Shown here piece by piece: positions 54,163 through 64,000 of a stretch of 64,000 nucleotides of DNA. The first letter of the stretch is position 1. The number at the start of each line of letters is the position of its first letter. Position numbers and translations under genes: made by a program. The stretch is from Octopus sinensis (lineage: Eukaryota), in assembly GCF_006345805.1 (NCBI RefSeq), contig NC_043014.1:5518001-5582000 (forward strand). Reading direction: 5' to 3'. Below the pieces are notes generated by a model. It did not search any database, had not been told where the DNA came from, and saw only the letters and a list, made by a program, of their open reading frames with translations.

Positions 54163-55299
54163 ATGTCAATTTATTACGGCTGTGTCCAACGACTACTTTA
54201 ATTGATTAATGAAAATATTACACCATTATAAAGAAGCCGTTTCTGCCAGATGAATTCATGAACATTAAAATCGTGAATTCTTCTGACGAAAACGATTTCT
54301 TTACAGTGATGTAATGTGTTCATTACTCCAATAAGGAGTCGTAAGAAACGGCCGTAATGGATTGACACCTGTACTTCTCCTGTTACTCATTTACATTTTA
54401 TTCACTTGTCCTGGAATCTGCTATTCGTAAACATTATGGACCGCATTTATATATAATGTACATGTCTGAAAAGCTCAAGACCAGATTTTTTCATTCAGCT
54501 GAGTTTAATTGTCTACATACACTGCAAGAATATCATTCGGCCGGTTCTCAGTAGTGTTGAGTGTATATATTATTCCTACCTAACGACGTGTCTCAATTTA
54601 AGTACCAAATTCAGCAGAATTTTATTTATATTTTATATACATATGTGCATACTACGTACATGCGTACACAGACACACACATACATAGATACATAAATACA
54701 TACATACATAATTGCATATGTATGTATAAATATATATGTATTATATTTATATATATAAGCACACGCACACACACATAATTGTAGATCTCTCTCTATCTCC
54801 ATATATATATATATATTTCAATAGCACCATCCATTGACGATTTTTCGATTATTCCGATGATATCAAGTAAACAAATTGCCATTTTCAGGTGATATTTAAC
54901 AAATAACCACATTGGTATGGAGCGAATTTTAATTAACCCGCTTGATGACTGTTTCAGAACCACAAAGCGAATTTGCTAAAAGGAAAGTTGAATTGAAGAG
55001 GATATGAGTTAGATTGGGAAAGCAGAAATCAGAAACTACAGAAGGTAGACAGATCACCATCCTGATTATTTATGGGACCAGAGTGGACCGTAGTAAACAT
55101 TCTACAATAAGAAAAGAAAGGAGAAGAGAGAAAAAAAAGGAACTGAACGAAATCGTGGATATACAATTTACATTGGATAGGGTACTTAGGTGTGTATATG
55201 TCCGAATATAGGCAACAGCATGTGTTTACACACACACACGCATATATATATGTATAAATATATATACACACACATACATACATACAAACATACATATGT

Positions 55300-55358
<59 letters not shown>

Positions 55359-55361
55359 CAC

Positions 55362-55398
<37 letters not shown>

Positions 55399-55459
55399 CA
55401 TATATATATAAATACACATACATATATATATATTTATACACATACAGATATATATATAC

Positions 55460-55504
<45 letters not shown>

Positions 55505-55524
55505 TATATAATTATATACACACA

Positions 55525-55601
<77 letters not shown>

Positions 55602-55610
55602 GTATATGTT

Positions 55611-56311
55611 TAAATGTCAGTTTCCAGCTCGTCCTAGCTTGCGAAATTTATGTCCCCCAAATGATTCTGTAAACAACGAAACAAATGGTAGTCTGAAGGA
55701 TGAAGGTCGGGAGAATAAGGTGGATGAGGAATTTTTTCCCCAACCAACCTCTTCGATCTTCTGTGGTGTGATGTTTGCATAAGAAGAAAAGACCCCCTTT
55801 ACCAAGCTTTCTGCTTACGACGTTTAACATTTCGATAGAAGATCCATTTTTCGTCACCAGTCACAAGTCTATCCAAAAAGGGTGAACTGGATTCACCAGA
55901 ATGGAGACAAGAGCAGATGACAACTGGGGATTTGCTGTTGCTTTCGGACAATTTATGAGGCACCCATATTCCAAGTTGTTGTAGATGACGAGGACCAGTT
56001 TTCTGGCTTGAACTAAGCTTTATTGCCAATTCTTCAACTGATAATGCAGGAATTTCTCCAGGTAAGGCCTCATGGGACTTATCATTAAAATCATAAAGCT
56101 TTACCTGCCTAAAATGGTCTTTGGATACTTCCACGTTAGAAAGGGTTTTAACCAAAGAAATTTTAATTCTATTCTGTAAAATAATATTTGATTAGTTAAT
56201 ACACATATGCATAAAAATTTAGTTTAATTCCATGAGACATTCTAAAATATTATTACAATTCATTCAATTTTAAAAACAGAAAATTCGGACAGAACTTATG
56301 GGATGACCTGA
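55611..56311 (-). mobile_element. Mariner-like transposon relic with one intact TIR and TA target dinucleotide
   Basis: Minus strand begins TA|TCAGGTCATCCCATAAGTTCTGTCC. The peptide contains WVPHKL and LVTGDEKW. It is paralogous to 19261-20128 but has different internal deletions. Confidence 0.85.
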
Positions 56312-57780
56312 TACACACTCACACACACACACAGACACACACAGATACACACAGACACACAGACATACACAGACACAGACACACACACACACAGACACAC
56401 ACACACACACATACACAGACACTGATACACACACACATGCACACACACTCACACCTATATATATGTACATAAGCTGCATCCGGGAGTGGGAAAACATGAT
56501 ACGAATGTTCCTGGGATTTGAGGGATGCGGAAGCACTTCTTACCCACTGGTGTTCCCAGATCTAACCTGACCCTGGGTAGTAGCACATGTAAGGGTCCCA
56601 GCTAGGATCCTAGTCTAGGAAAAGAAATCCTTGATATAAAACCACTGTAGCGCTGGACCTGGCGTGCAGACCTTGATTATATCTGATGTACCCGGTAGCA
56701 CGCTGCATCCACCCTAACCAGATCTAGTACATCCCCAATCCCTATTGTGCCACTGTTGAGGACAGGTGGCTACGTGCGGGAGCGCTGTAATCTCTGGATC
56801 TGGTCCACCCGAAATAAAATCATCTTTCAGTCAGTGTCGCTCGCTACAGATTAGTCATTCGGGTACAAGTCAATACCGACGACGACTCATATACAGTGAG
56901 GCCCCCACCCGGCTGTTTTCGGCGTCCTGCATGTTGGAATAGCTACTTTCTAACGAATTCTGGAATTATATGATACTATACGAACACACACACATAAACA
57001 CACACACTTAAACAACACGCATACACAGACACACACTCACACACACACACACACACACACGCGAACGCGCTAGCACACACACATTCATACACACACACGT
57101 TAGCACACACACAAACACACACAGAGGCGCCCGCGCGCGCAAGCACACAGACACACACACGCACAGAAGACATTTTGACTATCATAAATTTATCGTCAGC
57201 AGAAATATTCTAAGATTCAGTGTAAATAAAATGGAATAATCTTTAACATCAGGTTTGTTATGAAGTAACCAATAAAAACACTAGACTGCATTAAATGAAG
57301 CTTTGCAGTTGCAGTCTGTACAGATGTTGAACGGACAATGTAGTCCCCTACATGAATATTACAGCAGTTTCGGGAAAATAAAGAAGTAAACATTAAGAAA
57401 TAAATAAATAAGTATTCTCCAACAAATAGGCATTTGTTTTCAGTTTACAAATTTGTGCTGAAGTCAGTAAAATATTCTGCTGACTGTTTTGTGTTAATCG
57501 TGGATCATCTCCATCCAATCACAAAAGGTGTCATTTAAAAGGTGACACCCACAATTATTGTAATATCAATCTGATTGGTTCCTGAATTTACGATTAGATT
57601 TTCGGCAGGGTTGGGTTGTGGAGGGTGAAAAATATAAAAAACGAGAACCACACGTCAACAATTTTCAGTTACGATCCCAAAGCGAGAAGCTCACACTTAT
57701 AAACGCCAGCTTACATCAACTTCAGATTTATCATTAAACCAAAACGAAATAACAGGCTGCACGGACGACCGAAAACCGCA

Positions 57781-58026
57781 ATGGAAATCGCTAAGGTGGG
57801 GAAGATCATTTGGCAGCGGTTTTCCGTTTCTTCTTTCATAACTTTTGGACTGTTTCTCGTGTTGACCATCACGATTCTTCATTTCGATGCAAGGACCAGA
57901 GAGATAGAAGAGAAATCAACCGCAGTAAGTACAGGACACCTGAAGTTTCTATATTTTAGATGAAAGAAATGTATATGTTTATCAATACATCCATCCATAG
58001 ACAGACGTATATATATATATGTATTG

Positions 58027-58089
<63 letters not shown>

Positions 58090-58733
58090 TATATATGAGC
58101 GCATTCATTCAGCTTCCATTTAGGACAGAAGCTTCTTACCGTGCAGCCAGGCCTGCACCTACAGAAATCGTTCCCATGCCGGTAATCGAACACTGACCAA
58201 CTGAACGATAGCTAGGAATTATATGTGTGTACATATGACATATACACACACAATTGTTATATGTTTCGGCCAGTATAGGCCCAGGCTATGTATAACTTAG
58301 TAGCACCAACTGGTGAAGCAGTTTAGAATCTTGTTCCCATCTCAGTCATAAGACTTTTTAATGTTGGAGATATATCCGGGTGTTGGAGGTTGGTTGAAGA
58401 GTTTTTTGGGGAAAATTTGTCCTTAGAAATTTTGAATTTTATGGAATCTGTTTTCGCTTTAACGTATTCTGCTATAATATTAAAGAGAGCTGGACCGGTT
58501 GAGCTAAAGTAGTCGTGTCATATACACATATACATACATATATACATATATGTATAGATATATATATACATATATACATATAAATATATACATAAATATA
58601 TATTTATATATATATATATATAAATATATTATATATATGCATATATATATATATATATATAAATATATATATATATGTATATATATATATAAATATATTA
58701 TATATATGCATATATATATATAAATATATTATA

Positions 58734-58805
<72 letters not shown>

Positions 58806-59051
58806 GTACATATATATATTTATATATATCTGTATACATACATACATACATACACATATATATATATATATATATATATAGGCGCAGGAGTGGCTGTGTG
58901 GTAAGTAGCTTGCTAACCAACCACATGGTTGCGGGTTCAGTCCCACTGCGTGGCATCTTGGGCAAGTGCCTTCTGCTATAGCCCCGGGCCGACCAATGCC
59001 TTATGAGTGGATTTGGTAGACGGAAACTGAAAGAAGCCTGTCGTATATATG

Positions 59052-59082
<31 letters not shown>

Positions 59083-59301
59083 TTGTGTGTCTGTGTTTGT
59101 CCCCCACCAACATCGCTTGACAACCGATGCTGGTGTGTTTACGTCCCCGTCACTTAGCGGTTCGGCAAAAGAAACCGATAGAATAAGTACTGGGCTTACA
59201 AAGAATAAGTCCCGGGGTCGATTTGCTCGACTAAAGGCGGTGCTCCAGCATGGCCGCAGTCAAATGACTGAAACAAGTAAAAGAGAAAAAGAGAGTAATG
59301 A

Positions 59302-59351
<50 letters not shown>

Positions 59352-59598
59352 GTATATATACATACATACGCATACACACAACTATATATAAAATTACATC
59401 TTGTATATATATCTACTAACATATTAATGGATGGACGATTTTTAATGTGTTTAGAGAGATCGATAGACAGAACTATCGATCGTTTGATAAATAGATATAT
59501 TGGTAGATAGGTGGACAGCCTGACTGAGTGTTTGATAGATAGATAGATAGATATATAGATATATTGGTAGATATGTAGACAGACTGATTGAGAGTTTT

Positions 59599-59674
<76 letters not shown>

Positions 59675-60482
59675 CGTAGAAAGATCGATTGATTTGATAG
59701 TTTCATTCACGTTATATATTTTGCTTCGAAATTTTGGCTCGTGGTCATAAATTTCAGGAAGTTGTAGTTCGATTCCTTACAGGCCAGTGATGAACAGGTT
59801 CTGAATTCATGGACCTCGAAAGGATAAAGACAAGGCGCGACTACGCGGAATTTGATCATTATCTTGAAATATTCAGTATTGTAGATGACAATTATAAAAG
59901 CCCCCAGAAAGGTTGTGCGATAGATAGTGTTGCAAAATAGAAAGCAATGAATTTGTCAATTACTATACGTAGCAAAGACATAGGATTAGAAAAATGTAAG
60001 TTAGTTTACAAGTCAATAATGAATTGTGTTCCATGTTGTAAGATAGAGATTGACATTTCTTGCTGAAATATTTTACATAGAAAGGCCTTATATATGTACG
60101 TCTGCCGCTTTCGTGTGCACACATAAATGAACATGTATGAAGGTATCACTTCATGTGTATATTCGAATGTGCGTACACACACACACACACACACACACAT
60201 ACACACACACATGCGCACACACACACACACAAACAGACACACACGCACACACACACACACGCACACACGCACACACACACACACAAACACACACGCACAC
60301 ACACACACAAACAAACACACACACACACACACAAACAGACACACACGCATACAAATAGACACACGCACACACACACACAAACAGACACACACGCACACGG
60401 ATATTTGCGTGTGTGTGTATTTATTTCTGGATGTATTTTTTCCTCTCTAGATTCAGCTCAGAGCTGCGTTCATGATGCACCA

Positions 60483-60516
<34 letters not shown>

Positions 60517-63092
60517 CATACATACATACATACATACAGACATACATAAATACATACATAAACATATACATAAATACACATATACATACATACACATATA
60601 CATACATACATACATACATAATTACATACATTCATGTATACATACATACATACATACATACATACATACATACATACATACATTCATGCATACATATATA
60701 GATGTACCCATGCAGACACACAGACACAATGACACACGCATACACACACAGAGACGCACAGAAATATAGATACGTACACTATGGTCTGTTTCTTCGGATG
60801 ACGTTTTCGTGCTTAATTGCCGAAGAATTCCTGGGATGATTTGTTTCCAGAACTCCCTCCGTCAAATTAATGAACAGGTCCAGAAATGTGCCATTCGATC
60901 AGTTGTCGATATATTTGCAGTGCAATGTAAATAGTTTTGCTCAAGAACACAATGCCCCGCCTTCTGCTTGAATCGAACGTACAACCCTTTGTTCGTGAGT
61001 TTAAACCTGAAGCACTAAACCTCGTTGAAATATTTTAGCGTATATAAATATATGCATCTATCCCTATAAGGAAGACTTACATAAACGAACAAACACGCAT
61101 TCACATGCGGAAAGATACACACAAACGCATATATATCGGATTGTTGGACCGCGGAATTCCGGACAGATCTCTTTCCGTGAAAATAAATATCTTTTCCATT
61201 GAAAGAAAAATAAAAGTCTCCAAAACCGTGTATCTCTCACTATACGTCAACATGCACGAAGAATGTAGCAAATACATTTGGGAAAACGGTTGTTCCAGTT
61301 TGTAAATCTACAAGTAGAAGGGTAGATATCCCAGTATTCATTGATTTCGCTTTCTGTGTCGAATTGGCACCCAAAGCTCATCAGCAAGTCTTACTACGTA
61401 AACTATTTTTAAAATGTATTTAACTTTCCGTGCTCGTTTGTTCAGCTGAAGGCACCGTCACATCCGAACGAACATTAGCGAGCAAATATAAATTCAAAAT
61501 TGAAATAAATTATCATTATCTTTAAAAAATAATGATAAAATGGCCAACGAACATAATCCAAATATGAAAATATATATATAAAAAGTCAGTGTACAGTAAG
61601 TAACTATATACTTGAAAGAAGAATGAAATTGCAAAACCACGTATCTCTCAATATATGTAAACATGCACGAAGAATGGTGCAAATACATTCTGAATTTTCA
61701 ATTTATGTTTTTGTTTGTTCGCCACATTTCGTCTGGAAATCGCGGGGCCTTCAACTGAATAATGGTACACAGAAAGGTAAATATATTTTTAAAATTAGGT
61801 TACGTAGAAAGCGAAATGAATCGTGTCTGAGATATCTACCCGCCTTTTTGAAGATTTACAAACTGGAAGATTAGTTTTTCTAAATGCATTTGCAACATTC
61901 TCCGTGCGTGTTTTCGTTCGTTAGGCTTAATTAACTCTCATTGTGATGGGTTTGCTTTTGCCATATAAAAGCATGAAATAAAGGAGTACCCGATGCACAG
62001 AGGAGATAAGAAAGCGGTAAGCCACCAGGATGTAACACAACGATGAAAATTTGGTGGAATTAACCATGAAGTTGTCTCACACATCTTCAAAAGAAGCTGT
62101 CCAAAAGTGCCATTATTGTATTGCTTAGCTTTAAAATCTGAACATTGATGAATTTTCTGAAAATCTATTTCTATGATGTTATTTCAATTTTTTCACAGAA
62201 CCGTTTCCTTTTCAAGAAATCTCTGGATGACAAAGCTGTTCACACGCCAAGTAAGAACTAATTTTATAACGTGAAAGATAAAAACGTAAAAAACGTTGCT
62301 CAGTAATTCTGCGAGTCTGGTGGTTCTAGAGAAATCATGCACCTGTCTTTGAGGGCCATTCCAGAGGGAAGCAATTGTTATTAAGATTTTCTAGCCTTTT
62401 ATTTAACTTTTGATCTAGCCTTTTATTTGATGCTCCAACCTTGAATTAATTTATCTCAAAAAATTTAGCTCAAGACTCGATCATCATTGCTAAAAAACCG
62501 CATTGAATTCGGCTGAGAAGTGAATTAGTGATGAATCATGCAAATCTTTACCAGTAACTAAAAGTATACATTCACCCCCAGGCGTGGGGGACTATTTCTC
62601 GGAATCAGCTTTACGTTCATAGGAAAAAGAATTTTCAAACTCTTTGTTTGTTTGTTTGTTTGTTTCTTAATTTTTTTCTCTCATTCTTTCTTTCTTCCTT
62701 TCTTTCTTTCATTCATTCTTTCTTTCTTTTTTCTTTCTTCCTTCTTTTCTTTCTTTTCTTCTTTCTTTCTTTCTTTCATTCTTTCTTTCTTAACTTTTTA
62801 AATCCTCTATCAAGTTCCCATCTACTCTTCCTTCCTTCCTTCCTTCCTTCCTTCCTTCCTTCCTTCCTTCCTTCCTTCCTTCCTTCCTTCCTTCCTTCCT
62901 TCCTTCCTTCTAATCATTGTCTCCCCAATTCATTAATTCCCAGCCAAGATATTCTCTCCCACATGGTTCACCAATTATTTTCTTTTAAACTACATTGTTT
63001 CCTTCGCAATTTCGCAGGACCCGGTCCTGGATCCCTGTATACCCGGTGGGGTAGAACAAAATGTCCACGTATTTCAAGTCTGGTATACGATG
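57781..63092 (+). CDS. Paralog E (3'-partial): exons 57781-57924, 62199-62250, 63018-63092; exon 4 expected beyond the window
   Basis: Same exon sizes, GT..AG sites and peptides (MEIAKVGK..., [41 protein letters not shown]). Intron 3 runs to the window end. Confidence 0.8.
58879..59302 (+). mobile_element. Full-length tRNA-derived SINE in intron 1 of E
   Basis: Same A/B boxes, body and tail as 23023-23446. Confidence 0.85.
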
Positions 63093-64000
63093 GTTAGTAT
63101 ATTTTGTTTCTAATCTCTCTCTCTATTTCTTTCTCTCTCTCTCTCTCTCACTTTCTCTTCCTCTCTCCTCCCTCCTTCTTTCTGATCTACACAAACGTTT
63201 TTCCTATTATGGTATATCACATTTTAAACGGCGATTATAGATTCTTTTGAGTTTACACAAAACTACTTTCTCCGTTGAATTTATTTGGTCATAGCCGAAG
63301 TATAAATGGCGTCAAGAATGATCACACCAACAGGATATCATCGAAAGTACCCCCATGAACCCAACCACAGAATATAGTTACCGAAGGACTGTATGCATTA
63401 ACTACGCACCATTCCACCACTTAATCACGCTAGTGCCTCATGGTAAGGCAATTCTGAGGTTTCCAGTCAGAAGACACTATTTTCCACCTCTTCCCCACCA
63501 ACTGTTCTTTCTTTAAACGAGATTTGTTTTTGCTTGAAATGCGATGGAACAGATTTTACCTGTCTATAACCGAACCATTAACGGTTTTATTAAAGGTTTC
63601 CCAATTCAGCTTAAACTGAACTTTACAATCCTTTCTCCTCTCACTTTCCTTAAGACGTAAAATAACCCCAATGATGCAGCAAATAAAACCAACGTGACCT
63701 GTTCACGACTAGCCGAGAGGTTTAGCTACGGTGTGCAGGATGTTCTGTTAAATAACTTTTAACTCCCTATCGACTGTCAATACTCTGCACCTCACCGTGT
63801 TCTTCTATTTTATATTGGTTAAAAATTCCTTGCATCGTTCTTCTATTTTATCTCCGTTAAAATTTGAACAAAATCGTCTTTTTCCATTTTAGAGGAAATG
63901 CCTTACGTAACGGCCTTCCCTTCACACTCTTTTGACATCTGCACACAACCATCTACAGCCATGTATCTAGACATATTCATAAATATTACCTACACAAACA

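Overview
AT-rich, microsatellite-saturated eukaryotic DNA. The SINE, Penelope and mariner content resembles Octopus genomes as I recall them (inference). The window holds a head-to-tail (+ strand) array of five paralogs, A-E, of a 4-exon gene (A and E are cut by the window edges). The ~256-aa product has an N-terminal hydrophobic anchor or signal, a short stalk and a 10-Cys domain of the spongin short-chain collagen-related ('short-chain collagen C4-like', NC1-like) family, but no collagen triple helix. Exons 1-3 and much flanking DNA are nearly identical between copies. Exon 4 instead carries discrete hypervariable patches. Copy C has an internal exon2-exon3 duplication, copy D has a 23-nt frameshift deletion, and copy E looks chimeric. 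Intergenic spacers alternate between two types, giving a dimeric higher-order repeat. Introns and spacers contain Penelope-like elements (one as a ~0.8-kb-arm palindrome), a retrozyme-like repeat with a well-formed type I hammerhead ribozyme, tRNA-derived SINEs (one inverted pair), mariner relics and foldback elements. Most other ORFs in the track are microsatellite artefacts. Exon structures were inferred by eye from splice signals and reading phase, without transcript data.
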